Shown: positions 1-11,623, counted from the stretch's first letter. The stretch: 64,000 nt of DNA from Candidatus Thorarchaeota archaeon (GCA_963726195.1 CAVSBO010000003.1:832001-896000), one strand, 5' to 3'. Notes: generated from the letters alone by a model not told the origin. Made by a program: numbers and translations.

Positions 1-584
1 TCATGTTTCAGTTTCATATAGAAGTCATAGACCACGCCATGAGTCGAACGTGGTCCAATCACGTTACCGAACCTCATGCTGACGACACTAAAATCATAGA
101 GCGCGGCGAAAGACGAAAGGTACATCTCCACCGCGCCCTTTGCCGCCCCGTAATTACTGATTGGGCGAAAGGCGGTTGACTCGCGCGTCGGAAAGACATC
201 TGTCTCACCATAGACAGTCCCTCCGGAGGAAGCGAATACTATCCGCTTGACTTCATGCGTCCGCATGGCCTCAAGAAGGGTCAGGCTCCCCGTCACATTG
301 ATCTTGAAATCCCAAATTGGGTTCTCAACACTTTTGCGGACGTCAGGCTGGGCAGCGAAGTGATAGACCGTGCTGACCCCATCCAAAGCCTTGCTGACAT
401 CGGCTTCCGATGCGATAGAACCCCGGACGAACTTGAAGCGCTTGTTGTTCTTGCTAGAAGCAAGATTATCCATGGAGCCTGCCGAGAGATCGTCCAGCAC
501 AACCACCTCGTTCATTCCTATGAGCCGTTCTACGAGATGACTGCCAATAAAACCCGCACCACCGGTCACAAGGACTCGTTCCAA
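1..584 (-). CDS. NAD-dependent epimerase/dehydratase (UDP-glucose 4-epimerase-like), 3' end runs off window
   Basis: Manual translation from TTG at 584 gives LERVLVTGGAGFIGSHL (Rossmann GxxGxxG), FASSGGTVYG and YGAAK (extended SDR YxxxK). Not in the ORF track because there is no stop in the window. Confidence 0.9.
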   Translation of the reverse strand, partial: MERVLVTGGAGFIGSHLVERLIGMNEVVVLDDLSAGSMDNLASSKNNKRFKFVRGSIASEADVSKALDGVSTVYHFAAQPDVRKSVENPIWDFKINVTGSLTLLEAMRTHEVKRIVFASSGGTVYGETDVFPTRESTAFRPISNYGAAKGAVEMYLSSFAALYDFSVVSMRFGNVIGPRSTHGVVYDFYMKLKH

Positions 585-631
585 TCTCAGTCAGCTCCTA
601 ACAATCAATCAGCATACAAATCGCATAAGTC

Positions 632-1215
632 TTACTGGACCGAAAACCTTCGGTCCTTTAGTATGGATTCAAGAAATCCTAGCGCGGTTGGTGCCTTTGT
701 TGTCTTGTTCCACACCTCGACAAATCCCCTGAAAAGCGACAGATCACTCAGAGCTCTGCTCCCAAGATGAATTCAGCTCGGAATCTCGGACTTCGGGCCC
801 TGTTCCTAGACCCGGACAGATGGCTTTCATGGCATTGAGACCCCATGACATATCGCGTCCCTTGCGCTCAAAGACGAAAGGGAAAGCCGCACAAACCGAT
901 GGCCGGGCCACATGAATCATGCAAAGGTTGTCCTTGAGAAAAACGCAGTCTCCGTTCTGTTCCTTCTTCAGTGCCACGAATGCTAGGCCTTGCTCTGTGT
1001 TGACCTGTGGAATCTGACGTAGGCCTTCGGGCACTGGCTGGTTGCTGCCAAGAATATAGAAGTCGGTTGCCGCTGAGCAAGTCTCTCGCTGACAACCCTA
1101 ACGCAACAGACAGGCGGCTTAATCCGTTCCCGTCAAGGTAACAAGCAGCTCGCGCTGCCGACAACAGTCGCCGCACTTAGTACATTCGAAACGTACTCTT
1201 GATGCCTTTTCCGGC
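632..1215 (-). CDS. YkgJ-family cysteine-cluster (Fe-S/Zn) protein, broken by about 3 frameshifts
   Basis: Pieces in different frames: FECTKCGDCCR, LSRLSVALGLS, CVFLKDNLCMIHVARPSVCAAFPF, ICPGLG. Start is approximate. Confidence 0.7.
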
Positions 1216-1221
1216 CGCGGT

Positions 1222-2397
1222 CTACTTCCTCTTCGTGCCAGCTGGACGCACCTTCTGAAGGGAGGTTAGGTACTTCCTCAGCAGAGCCAACCCTTCCTCG
1301 ATGACCTCCATAGACGTTGCATAGGAGAACCTAAGATGGTGGTCATAGTCCTCTCCAAACTCCTTTCCAGGCGTGCAGACAACTCCAGTGTCTCGCAGAA
1401 TCATCTCGGCTAGATTCTCACTGTCCACGCCGTAAGCAGAAAAGTCAGGAAAGACATAGAATGCTCCATCAGGCTTTGGACACTTGACGTTTCCAAACTC
1501 AGAGAAGAGCTGTACAATCCTGTCCCGACGCTTCTCGTATACATTCCTCATGTTCGCAACTGAACTCTGGTCGCCCTTTAGGGCCTCAACGCCAGCACTC
1601 TGAACAAACGATGTGGCACAGGATGTGGTATTCTGCTGTATCCGCACCATGTTGTCAATCGTATCCGGGTTACCAATTGCATAACCTAACCGCCAACCGG
1701 TCATTGAGTATGTCTTTGAGAATCCATTAATCACCAGAGTATGCTCCATCGCGGGGTCGATTTCCAGCATTGAAGTTTGGGTCAGACCGCCGTATACCAG
1801 ACTCTCGTAGATTTCATCACTGATGACGACGAAATTGTGATCCGCCGCTAGGTCGAATATCGTTTTCAAAACGCGTTTAGATAGGATACCACCAGTGGGG
1901 TTGTTCGGGCTGTTGATGATAAGGCACGTACACTTCTTGGTGATTTTCGACTTGAGGACTTCCTCGTTCAGAGTGTATTTTGAGTCTGTCGGCACAGGTA
2001 CTGGATTGCCGCCAGCAGTGCCAATCATGACCCGGTAGGTTGGCCAATCCGGGCTCAGAACGAGCACGTCGTCTCCGGCATCGATCATGGATAAGATGCC
2101 CATGAACAGGGCCATCTTGGCCCCGGTCGTGACAACAACGTTCTTCCCTCCACTGAAGGAAATACCCCGAGTATGGTACATGGCCTCAATCGCGTCAAGC
2201 AATGGGGGAATGCCCCTCGCAGAGACGTACTTAGTGAAGCCGCGATTCAATGCCTCAATAGCAGCACTCGTGATGTTTGACGGCGTAGGAAAGTCAGGCT
2301 GTCCAACCTCAAAGTGATAGACCTTGCGTCCTTCAGCCTCCAGCTTGTTTGCGAGCTCAAACATCTTCAGAGTACCCGACTCCGGTATTCTTTGCAT
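1222..2397 (-). CDS. PLP-dependent class I/II (aspartate) aminotransferase
   Basis: GQPDFPTP, NSPNNPTG, SDEIY, GFSKTYSMTGWRLG motifs. Start is one of several candidates up to 2448. Confidence 0.92.
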   Translation of the reverse strand: MQRIPESGTLKMFELANKLEAEGRKVYHFEVGQPDFPTPSNITSAAIEALNRGFTKYVSARGIPPLLDAIEAMYHTRGISFSGGKNVVVTTGAKMALFMGILSMIDAGDDVLVLSPDWPTYRVMIGTAGGNPVPVPTDSKYTLNEEVLKSKITKKCTCLIINSPNNPTGGILSKRVLKTIFDLAADHNFVVISDEIYESLVYGGLTQTSMLEIDPAMEHTLVINGFSKTYSMTGWRLGYAIGNPDTIDNMVRIQQNTTSCATSFVQSAGVEALKGDQSSVANMRNVYEKRRDRIVQLFSEFGNVKCPKPDGAFYVFPDFSAYGVDSENLAEMILRDTGVVCTPGKEFGEDYDHHLRFSYATSMEVIEEGLALLRKYLTSLQKVRPAGTKRK

Positions 2398-2502
2398 GTG
2401 AATTTCCAAGTACAACCCACCTCTAGCAAGACTGATGGAACAATCCAACGAGGCAGCAGGAGGCTGGCGGCTTTCCTTTTGGATATATCATTTGCGGCGA
2501 GG

Positions 2503-3330
2503 TCACTTGGCACTTGAGAGCTGAGCGATTAGCCTCTTCTGATGCTCTGTCCCCCGCACGGCTATCCTGTCAATGACAATCTCACCCAGGCCCATCTCAT
2601 GCCCACGCTGCAGGTACGGTATTGTGATGGGATCTATTCCCAGAAGACTCACACAATAGGCGTCCACGGCAAAAGGATCTGTGCCCACGACGACGCCACC
2701 CACCTTGAGCAGTGCTGCCGTGCTTCGAGGCCCGGCTACAATTTCGGTCAAGTCCATGACTGTGATATTCGGCCGATAGACTGCTACGAGATCCAGCAGG
2801 CAATCATCAAGCCGCTCATGATAGACGGACTTGTCTCTCTCCGGAACGAGCCCAAATAGATTCTTGATTCCTGCCCCTACCGAGCGTCTCTCCGAGTCAA
2901 CCTTCAACGTTGCCGCGTTGACTAGAAACACTTGACCCGACAAGACTGCAGGCATGGCCCTTTCACGGAACAGGTTGCCGGGCATCTTCACGCTGACTTG
3001 GGGAGCAGTGGACAGATTGAGCAGCTGAACACCATCCTTCTCAAGAGCCGCATACCCACATTCGGAGAAAGCCGTCTCTGCTGATCTCAGCGGGTTATCG
3101 CTTTCAACCACGAACACTTGGCCGGCCGAAGCCATCACTCGCGACAAGAATCGAACAATACCAAGCGATGTGTTGCCTGGCAAGCTTGGACTATAGACAG
3201 ATGTCTTGATGATAACGCGTTCGATATTGCGGGAGAAGGGCAGGGGCGTAACGAGTTTGGAGAGAGCTACTGAGAGCGCCTCCTGCGGAGACCTTCTGAC
3301 GGCAACTGAGACTTCTGTGGTATGGTCCAT
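2503..3330 (-). CDS. DUF362-domain protein
   Basis: GIKNLFG and GTDPFAVDAY motifs and a YLQRGHEMGLG tail typical of DUF362. Confidence 0.75.
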   Translation of the reverse strand: MDHTTEVSVAVRRSPQEALSVALSKLVTPLPFSRNIERVIIKTSVYSPSLPGNTSLGIVRFLSRVMASAGQVFVVESDNPLRSAETAFSECGYAALEKDGVQLLNLSTAPQVSVKMPGNLFRERAMPAVLSGQVFLVNAATLKVDSERRSVGAGIKNLFGLVPERDKSVYHERLDDCLLDLVAVYRPNITVMDLTEIVAGPRSTAALLKVGGVVVGTDPFAVDAYCVSLLGIDPITIPYLQRGHEMGLGEIVIDRIAVRGTEHQKRLIAQLSSAK

Positions 3331-3420
3331 GAGGATGGCGCCTGCTCAGTCGGGGCTTTAAGTCTATCTCTCAACTCTGTGAGTGTATGTCACTGAGCCA
3401 CCCGCACGATAGGACCGTGA

Positions 3421-4569
3421 CTATGTGCCGAAGAACAATCTTCGTGCACGTTTCTTTCTCTCTTCCTCAGACTCTTCACTTTCGGGTCTAGGCGGTGGAG
3501 GAGGTGGTCTCACGGTTGGGCGCGTTGTGCCCTTCTCGGATTCGTCTTCCTCTTCAGATTCCTCCTCAGGCTCTGTGGGACCCTGCTCAATCTCTTTGCT
3601 CTCTACTTCGCTTGGCTCATCGTACGGGGTCCACACGGGTGACGACTTCCCATCTGCAGAATCTGAAGAGCGGGTCGCAACCTTCGGTTCTTCTGGAAGT
3701 GGTGGTGATGAAATTGTCCGTTCATACTCCTCCCAGGAGAATCCTTCTGATGCCTTCTCGGAAGCCTTCTCTGTGCCTTCCCAATCAGGCCTTGATTCAG
3801 ACTTGTCCCTATACATGGGAAAGCCAATGTCTACGCTACGTTCATAGAATGAGTCCTCAAAGTCGTCCCATGCGTCAGGCAAGTGAGCCTCCGTAGTCCC
3901 CTTGGCCTTTTCTTCAGGGGCGTGAATGCGCCCGGTCGAATCTTCAACAATGGGGGCAGGCCCTTCAGCACCTGCAGGATGTGGGTGCTCTTCGCCAAGA
4001 CCTGATTCGGTCTCAAGACTGGTTGGTTCAGTCAGATGGAACTCAGACAGAAAGTCTCTGGACTTCTCTTCACGCCTTTCCTCAGGTGAAATGCTTCCTT
4101 GAGAGGCAGGTCCCATTCGTGACATGTCAGGCATCTCAGACAGCGGGGGTTCCGCGTAGAGAGCCTCTTCGTGCCCCAAGTCCGGCAGGTCAGGCGGCTC
4201 AAGCGTCTCTTCCGCCGCTGGCTCTTTGAAATCCTGTGGGTATTCTGCTGAGAAAACCGAAGCCCTGCCAGCCGGGAATTCAGGACGCGCCGCCCGTACT
4301 TGACCGCCCCTGCGATCACCAAAATCGGCTGCGGCCTCTTCTCCTTCTGATTCCCCAAAGCTAATCCCAAGGGCTTGGCTCAAGCAGGATTTGCAGTGTT
4401 TATTCACAGCGATAAGTCCGTCATCGATAAAATCGTCAATCCTCTTTGCGCGGTTAGGGTTTCTCCTCGACCAAGCGACAAAAGAATCAATCATTCTGAG
4501 GGCGTCTCTTACGCCTAGCCAATATGACTCGTCTTTATCTGAACTCAACGGGGGCACCATCAACAACAT
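3421..4569 (-). CDS. Hypothetical protein: short N-terminal folded domain (CxxC), long acidic disordered region, C-terminal polyproline
   Basis: 382-aa ORF, E/P/S-rich, RPPPPPPRPE near the C-terminus. Confidence 0.75.
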   Translation of the reverse strand: MLLMVPPLSSDKDESYWLGVRDALRMIDSFVAWSRRNPNRAKRIDDFIDDGLIAVNKHCKSCLSQALGISFGESEGEEAAADFGDRRGGQVRAARPEFPAGRASVFSAEYPQDFKEPAAEETLEPPDLPDLGHEEALYAEPPLSEMPDMSRMGPASQGSISPEERREEKSRDFLSEFHLTEPTSLETESGLGEEHPHPAGAEGPAPIVEDSTGRIHAPEEKAKGTTEAHLPDAWDDFEDSFYERSVDIGFPMYRDKSESRPDWEGTEKASEKASEGFSWEEYERTISSPPLPEEPKVATRSSDSADGKSSPVWTPYDEPSEVESKEIEQGPTEPEEESEEEDESEKGTTRPTVRPPPPPPRPESEESEEERKKRARRLFFGT

Positions 4570-4606
4570 CTAGACATTTCGAGAAAAGCCTTTGCAATAC
4601 GGGTGC

Positions 4607-5080
4607 CTAGCGTTTGGACTTACCCGCGGGCTCTCTCGCGGAGACCATTTCCTCTAGCATGTCATCGAGAAGTCTGACAATCTCCTTGCTCTTCTCTTCG
4701 GTTAACCTGGGGCCGACCAACAGAGTTCTTGTCGGGAGATCGCCTGCATTAAGTTTGACTTCACTCTGGTACATGCACTCGGTCTCTTCGTCGGGTTCGC
4801 GCAGCACGATAATAACTCCACTAGCTCCCTTGAAACTCAGAGAGAGCATAAGGTCGAGAGCCGAGAACGCAGGCGACATGATGAGTGCTTTGACATCGGA
4901 TCTATCAGTCTTGTGACCTGCAGCGCTAATTCTTATGCCATCGACTTCCATGACCTTCTGACTGAACGCGTGCAAGACCTCTTCGAGCAGAGAATCATCG
5001 GGACCAATCACTGTAATCTTGAACAAGTACCGTGTCTTCTTGGGCTTCTTTGCCTTGGCTGCAGTTGTCCTCGGTGACAT
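4607..5080 (-). CDS. Degenerate small-GTPase-like protein
   Basis: YLFKITVIG start and SFKGASGVIIV resemble Rab/Arf strands, but there is no GxxxxGK[ST]. Confidence 0.55.
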   Translation of the reverse strand: MSPRTTAAKAKKPKKTRYLFKITVIGPDDSLLEEVLHAFSQKVMEVDGIRISAAGHKTDRSDVKALIMSPAFSALDLMLSLSFKGASGVIIVLREPDEETECMYQSEVKLNAGDLPTRTLLVGPRLTEEKSKEIVRLLDDMLEEMVSAREPAGKSKR

Positions 5081-5309
5081 TCGTCTTCCTCCGGTTTTGC
5101 TTCATCTCATTACCGAACTATTGCAGGTTGCGACAGTTACTTGGCATCGTATTCAATCCATCGATATGTCTTCCATGCAAATTCATTTTGCTTTGAGATC
5201 CCCAAACTCAGGCACTCAATCGAGGTGTTCAAGCATTCTGGCTCGTCGCCGATGACGCAGTTTCCTAACCACAGACGAAGCTTATTAAGGGCTCAGACGG
5301 ACCCAAATT

Positions 5310-5675
5310 TTGGAGATAGCCTTGGTTACGTCTGCTGAAGTCTTTGACAAGCTCAAACCGGTCATGGACCCAGATTACCCCGTGAGCATCACGGACCCTA
5401 GGCTGGGAATAGTGGCTGAGAGCTTCATAGAGGTTAAAGACCGAACGATTAGGGTTAGGTTCAAGCCGACATCAGCCCAATGCCCAATGGGTGGTTTGAT
5501 TGGCATCTTGATACGGCACAAGCTGGAAGATGTCTACCGTGGCTTCAAGGTGCAGGTGACTGTGGTTCCTGGTACACACGTCCAAGAGACTGCTGTCAAT
5601 TCGATGATTGGTGACGATTCCAAGTACAACAAGATTGTGCAGCAACTCGAACAACAGGGCATGTTCGAGGAGTAG
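5310..5675 (+). CDS. DUF59/SufT (MIP18-like) Fe-S assembly protein
   Basis: LKPVMDPDYPVSITD-LGIV and PTSAQCPM motifs. Confidence 0.8.
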   Translation: MEIALVTSAEVFDKLKPVMDPDYPVSITDPRLGIVAESFIEVKDRTIRVRFKPTSAQCPMGGLIGILIRHKLEDVYRGFKVQVTVVPGTHVQETAVNSMIGDDSKYNKIVQQLEQQGMFEE

Positions 5676-5761
5676 TCCGTCGCGCGTCATTGAGCGTGGT
5701 CCGCTCTACGTGAATCAATGCGACTGAAGAGTAACGGACCGAAGAGAATAGCTGGCTGATT

Positions 5762-6121
5762 GTGATGAGCAGAGGGGAACCGTTAGTAACGGTAGGTTTT
5801 GCTGTGATTGTCTTAGGACTGTTCATGCTTGCCATCCCTAGTCTTGGAAGCGGGAGCTCTTTCGTCGTCATATTTCCATTCTTCTTTGGCAGTGGGAGTC
5901 CTATTCTAACAATAGCGTTAGGCCTGACATTCTTCGTTGCGATGATTTTCGTGATGACGGTGGTCGCCAGAAGAGCATGGAGTTCGCCTCTCTCCCAAGA
6001 GGAGGCAAGCCGCGCCTTTGTGCCAGCCATGGGACAATGCACCGTGTGTGGTAGTCGGCTGCCTGAGAAAGCCCTATTCTGCCCTCACTGCGGCAGTCCG
6101 GTTCACAATGGGAATACATAG
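5762..6121 (+). CDS. Membrane protein with C-terminal zinc ribbon
   Basis: Hydrophobic helices, FPFFFGSG, CTVCG...FCPHCG. Confidence 0.7.
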   Translation: MMSRGEPLVTVGFAVIVLGLFMLAIPSLGSGSSFVVIFPFFFGSGSPILTIALGLTFFVAMIFVMTVVARRAWSSPLSQEEASRAFVPAMGQCTVCGSRLPEKALFCPHCGSPVHNGNT

Positions 6122-6184
6122 AGCGTTTCCAAGAAAGATACAGTGTTCACAAGTACCGGCCTAACCACCATTCGAGGAATCCGA

Positions 6185-6658
6185 ATGAATCCGTCCTTAA
6201 GACCTGTCAAAACAAGCGACATTCCTCAGGTGGAGGCAATCGAGAGAGCCTGCTTCCCTGATCCATGGGATCCGGATGTATTCGAGACTCTTGGAGCCGG
6301 AAACGGACGAGTGCAAACCGAATGGGGAGACACACTTGCAATGTATGTGGCAGACCTAGGTGAAGAAGTCGTGGGATATGTGGTGTGGCAAGAAGGGCAG
6401 AAATCGCCCGAAGGCAGAATCCTCAATCTTGCAGTCAAGTCGGAACACAGAGGAAGGAGAATTGGCAGGTCTCTTTTGCTGTATGCATTCGACCTCATGA
6501 AGACCCACGGAATGAAGTCCTGCAGGCTTGAGACCTGGGAAAGCAACTGGGTCGCTCGTCATATGTATGAAAGCTTGGGAATGATGACCACAGGAAGGCA
6601 CCCAGCATATTACGGCAAAGAGGATGCCATACTCTACTCAGTCAGGTTGGACAGCTGA
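6185..6658 (+). CDS. RimI/Ard1-type GNAT N-acetyltransferase
   Basis: IERACFPDPW, ILNLAVKSEHRGRRIGRSLL, ESNWVARHMYESLG, YYGKEDA. Confidence 0.85.
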   Translation: MNPSLRPVKTSDIPQVEAIERACFPDPWDPDVFETLGAGNGRVQTEWGDTLAMYVADLGEEVVGYVVWQEGQKSPEGRILNLAVKSEHRGRRIGRSLLLYAFDLMKTHGMKSCRLETWESNWVARHMYESLGMMTTGRHPAYYGKEDAILYSVRLDS

Positions 6659-9600
6659 CGGAGCCTTTTGGGGCTGAGACGGAGGGAGACGGACAATCAG
6701 TTGTGGCCCAATGATGTCATGAAACAGCTGCAAGTATGTCTTGTCAGATGAAACCAGTACCAGTGGCCGTGATGTCTCTGATGTCCCACCAATCACCACT
6801 TCCTTATTGTCCATCACTGCTAGTGTCATGGGTGACATGGTCTTGCGAACGTGCCAACCTAGTCCAGCGAGATCCTTCACTATGGGCTGCTGTTCCTCGC
6901 TCTCGGGTATGATGAGCACTCTTCTGACAGAATCGCCCGACTTCGTTACTCGCTTGATGTCAAGACCACGCAAGCTGGCTGTGGCAATCACAATTGACTG
7001 CTGAGCCCGTTGAGCCATATCGACAATGTGAGCACGGACCTCGTCGTTTCCCGTGAGATACCAAGTCGATTCAGGCTGGGTTCTCGTTAGGTCTGCACTG
7101 ACTGCTCTTACCGCTTCCATCGCTTTCATTGTCTTGCTGACTACGGACTCCAACCCTTGGGCGACCTCCTCCGTCTTCATTCGAATCTCACGATTGTATC
7201 CGTCTTGGTCTGCACGCCATTTCTCAACGGAACCCTCAAGCTCGAGGTCGAAATGAGATAGGGCCTCCGCGCGCGACTCTTTCGCCCTGCCAATGCTCTC
7301 CTCCAACTGACCTCCGAACTGCTCCGTTGAGCCGCTGATTTCGGATACCTTGGCAGTCACCTCATTCGTGAGATGCTCCATGATGCGTCCTGAACTGCTA
7401 GCAATCTGGGTTCTGACACCCTTACGAGCTGACTCTACCTTCTTGGATACACGCTGGTTTGCGGTAGCGACGCTCTGCTTTGTTCTCTCAGAGAACGAGC
7501 TGACTGACTTGGCCACGGTCTCCTTGAAACGTGTAACCTCTTGGCCGAGTCCATCTGTTACTGACTTTGAAGCAGTTTCGCAACCAGTGAACTGCGCAGA
7601 CAACCCATCGATGGTCTCCGTGTTGCTGGTCTCCGTCTGCGAGAGTGCCTCGTTCACTGCATTGCGCACTGGCTCCGAAATTGAGGACGGGAGGCCAGAC
7701 ACAGCTTTCATGCTTCTGTCTAACGATGTGCTACACTCAGATCCCAGTGCCGCTGCTTTAACCTTGAAACTGTCTTCGGCTCCCACAAGGATGGCAATGG
7801 CGGCCCCTTCGAATTGACTGATGCTGCCCTCACTTCTCTTCACAACGCTAGTCTCGGCGTCTTCTGCACCTCTTCCGAGACTCTTCTGCATCCGTCCGAT
7901 CTTGTCCGTGAGCTTTCCAGTCAATGCCATGAGGGTTGATGAGGCACCTAGGAGTGTGGTCTTGGTATACTCCGAGAACTCGCTGAATGCTTGCTCATCC
8001 CCAGATATCTGGGACTGCAGCAAGGCTTCAGCCTCTTCGTTCGCCGCCGTCCAAGTCTTGGCGGCTTCCTCCTTGCGCGCAGCAACCTCGGCCTTGGATG
8101 ATTCCGTGCGTTGGACAGATTCCTTCAGTGCTTTCGTCGACAGAGTGTCCAGTTTCTTGCCTATGTCACTAGGGAGACGCTGCTGAGCGTCCTTTTCTGC
8201 TGAAACGTATTCATCTAGCGTTGCCTTCATGCTGCTGGTTGCCTTGTTAACAGACTCCACGATAGAATCAGCAATGCTGGCGATGCGATCGGTGAGATTG
8301 TCGCGAGTAGCCGCCAGCGATGTGTTGAATTCCTCTGATGCACGAGCTAATTCGCTTACTATCTCCTGAATAGTACCGCTTTCAATTCCACTCAGTCCCG
8401 TCTCAATGCCACCGGTTGTTGCCTCAATGCGGCTAAGCAAATCGGCCGTTGTTCGTGAGAGCACGGTTCTTCTCTCTGCAACGAGTTCGTCGAGGGCCTT
8501 CTTCATTTCATCGTATGAGTCACTGACTTTCGTGACCCTGCTCTCGATTTCGGAAGCGTATTCCTTCTTCAGCTTGGCCGAGTCCTCTTGCAGCGAGGCG
8601 ATTTCAGCCTTAACGGAATTTCTGAATTGCGTGTGTGCTGAGCCTATGAGGTCGCGCGTTTCCAAACCTTGGCTCGATAGCAAACCACCGAAAACCGAAC
8701 CCAAGCTCTCCGCCAAGTCAGAGTGCTGTTTCGCAATCTCATCAAGGCGCACACGGAACTCCTTTCGAATCGCTTCAGTCTGCCGCTCAATCCGAGATGC
8801 TTGGTCTTCGATTGCCTCGTCGATTTGTCTCTGCATTTGCTCAGCATGAGAAGCAACTGATAAGACGCTCTGTTCCAAGCGCGAATCTATTGATGAGCGG
8901 ATGTCGCGATAGAAAGCCGTTGACTCCTTGATTTGAGCAGCGGCCGTCGAAGTCATGTCCGACACTATCTCTGTCATTTTGCTCGCCATACCGGTATCAA
9001 ACTCGCGAAACGCCTTCTTGGTTCCAGTGATGGCTGACTTATTGCTTTCAGCGGTCGTCGTTAGGACTGAACCGAAAGCCGAGCTGACCTTGTTGTCAAG
9101 GTCTCCAGTTAGAGATGTAAGCTTCCCGGCCTCAGCGTCGAGAGCCGCGCCGGCATCATTGCTCGCCTGAGACAATTTCCTTTGCAGACCACGACCCGTA
9201 TCAGTTCCCCACTTCTCAAGTCCGGCTCCGAGGGAACCAGCGCTGGTGTCAATCCGGTCTCTGCTAGCGGATACTTGAGCCTGTACTAACTTCAGTATCG
9301 ACGCACGCGAGTCAGTTGTGAACGACTCGATTTGACCTTGGAGGCCAGACAGTAAACCATCTACGGCTGCAAACGCTTGATCTACTGTAGCATTTGTTCT
9401 CTCCAAATACGTTGACAATGAGCTCTTCACCGTCTCAAGATGGCTCGCGTTTGCAGAGACAACCTGTGCGAGCTGAGCCGCGAGTCCCTCAGACGCGGAT
9501 GCAATCAGAGCTGTTGGACTCGTCGCTCCAAGAACTGACGTCCATGCCCAGCGTCTCTGTTACCTTTGCCGCATTCTCAATTACCTGCCGAGCGCCCTTG

Positions 9601-10565
9601 GCAATACCATTTGCCGCCTGTCTGGAGGTGGAGGCAAGGCCGGTAATTGACTTCCTTATTTCTGCGTCGGTTTGATCCAACTCGAAAGTAAGCTGTTCAA
9701 GCGAGCGTGCCAACTCATCAGACGATGCCGCCAACTGGCCAGCCGCTTCGTTCACTATGTCAGACAATCTCGACTCGATTACGTTAGACAAACCATCCAT
9801 TGTTTGTCGAAGAGTGGCTAGGTCATTCAGCAGAGCGTTCTTGACCGTGGACCTTGCTTCCTGCACCATCGCCTTTGTTCTCTTGCCAAGGTCAGCGATA
9901 GCCTGTAATGATGCATCCTGCTCGCGGCGAACATCTTGGTCGAGTTCCTTGTTCAAAGTCTTGATATCTGTCTGTGTGTCGCCTTGTACTTTGTCAATCT
10001 CACCCTGCACTTCGGCGAGCTGGCCTGTCAGGCTCTGTGCCAAACTCTCGCCGTCCTCTTTGATTATGGACTCCGCAGCTTGGCAGAACCCTGTCATGAT
10101 ATCGCTTGAAGACTCAATCGCGCTAGTCGCACTGGCCTGCTCTTCGTCAATCAGGGTCAAGTCCTGCTCTTCAAGAACTCGGGAAAGCTCGGTCGACATT
10201 GTTCCTCCGGCTTTCTTGATGCTTTCAGCAAGCTCCTCAAGCGCCCTATCTTGCGCGTCAAGCATTTTTCGAGAAATCTGGGCCAGCGAGTCTGTTTGAC
10301 CTGCAACCGATGACAAGTCTGCACTCATCATAAGGTAAGGTGGAATAGCTCGATAGACTGGTACCACGGAATCCACTCGACTGACCAAACCCTTGTTCTT
10401 GAGACCATCCAACGCCTTCTCAACTGTCTGGGGCTTGTCGCCTGATAAGACAGCAACAGCTCCTACGGTCATGTTTCCCCCAGCGAGTACCGGAAGCAAG
10501 ACTCGGACTTCTGCGTCAGTTATGCCAAGATTGGATTTCAGTACAGCAAGGGTTTCCTCACTCAT
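6638..10565 (-). CDS. Giant TrmB-family protein (~1,300 aa): N-terminal wHTH, long helical/coiled-coil body, C-terminal TrmB-effector-like domain; one frameshift near 9515
   Basis: ORF 9489-10631 begins LKSNLGITDAEVRV...LKNKGLV...YRAIPP (TrmB HTH). The upstream frame of ORF 6638-9430 stays open to about 9515 (TALIASASEGLAAQLAQ). C-terminus has TWYLTGNDEVRAHIVDMAQRAQQSIVIA. Confidence 0.75.
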
Positions 10566-10623
10566 CGCACCAATACTCAATGTGACTCCATTCCTCCTAG
10601 GAACTACATGGACTACCGCTGAA

Positions 10624-11439
10624 TCACGCATTACCAGTCGGCACGTGCCCTGAAGCGAGTCCGAAGATCCTTTTCAGGTCGCCTACCTCAGGCGCCGAGC
10701 TGTGCTCGTTCATAACGATTTCTGCCTGAAGACGGTTACCTTCGTTAGATGTCTTCAGGGTGAGCACCTCTATGCGGTCACCGACAGACAATTTCAATGA
10801 CTCGAGATGCTTTCTTGCATCGTTATTCGTTGCTTCGATGGAAAGAATCCACCAATTCGTTGTTTCATCTGAGAGATTGAAGTTGAGTTTGTAGTACTCT
10901 GAAAAGAGCGACACGTACAGTCTAAATGCCTGAAGGTCTCGAATCGGCACGTGGTCAGGGTTGAGTACGACAATGTCTCGTGCAAGGTCGAAGTGAAAGA
11001 CCATGTCGTCACCAGTTACAAGCAGCAGATTCCCTTCCCGAACTGTCGAGAATCCGGCCCAAATCTTCGAGAATCTTGTTGTGAACTGCCTAATCGAACT
11101 CATATTGAGAGCTGACAAGAAGTCTCGAACGGGTACTCTTCGATCGACCATTTCGCGAGTCCTCTTCTCCAGTATATAGCGCTTGACCTGATCGAGGTAG
11201 ACTGAATAACAGAAGCTCGGAAGGTCCTTGATGTCGACGCCGAGATCTATGAGCATGTTGAGGAAGTTGCGGTCCTTGCAGGCAGGACGCACGGTACACG
11301 CAAGCCTATCCTCTTGGCAGGAAGTGCACTTCTTCTTGTGGAGCTGCAACAGCTCCCTTGAAAGCTGCGTGTCCGCGGCCTTGTCAAGGAGCTGCAATCT
11401 CGACGCGAGAGTCCTGTCGTGACTTTCGTAATCCATCAT
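10624..11439 (-). CDS. Hypothetical protein with N-terminal Cys cluster
   Basis: 271-aa ORF with CTSC...C...C...C, codirectional with neighbours. Confidence 0.65.
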   Translation of the reverse strand: MMDYESHDRTLASRLQLLDKAADTQLSRELLQLHKKKCTSCQEDRLACTVRPACKDRNFLNMLIDLGVDIKDLPSFCYSVYLDQVKRYILEKRTREMVDRRVPVRDFLSALNMSSIRQFTTRFSKIWAGFSTVREGNLLLVTGDDMVFHFDLARDIVVLNPDHVPIRDLQAFRLYVSLFSEYYKLNFNLSDETTNWWILSIEATNNDARKHLESLKLSVGDRIEVLTLKTSNEGNRLQAEIVMNEHSSAPEVGDLKRIFGLASGHVPTGNA

Positions 11440-11623
11440 GTTTCCTACTCACCTATCATGCGCTAGACAATCACCGGTCATTAATCACCGCGGTGCTATC
11501 GTTGTGCACCACTGCCCAGTTTCGAAAGGACTTCAGGGGTTCACAATGATAAAGTTATGGAAAAAACAATGCAACAAAGCACGCGAGAAGAGCCCGGAAT
11601 CCACGATGTGGTTAGCTTCTTTC

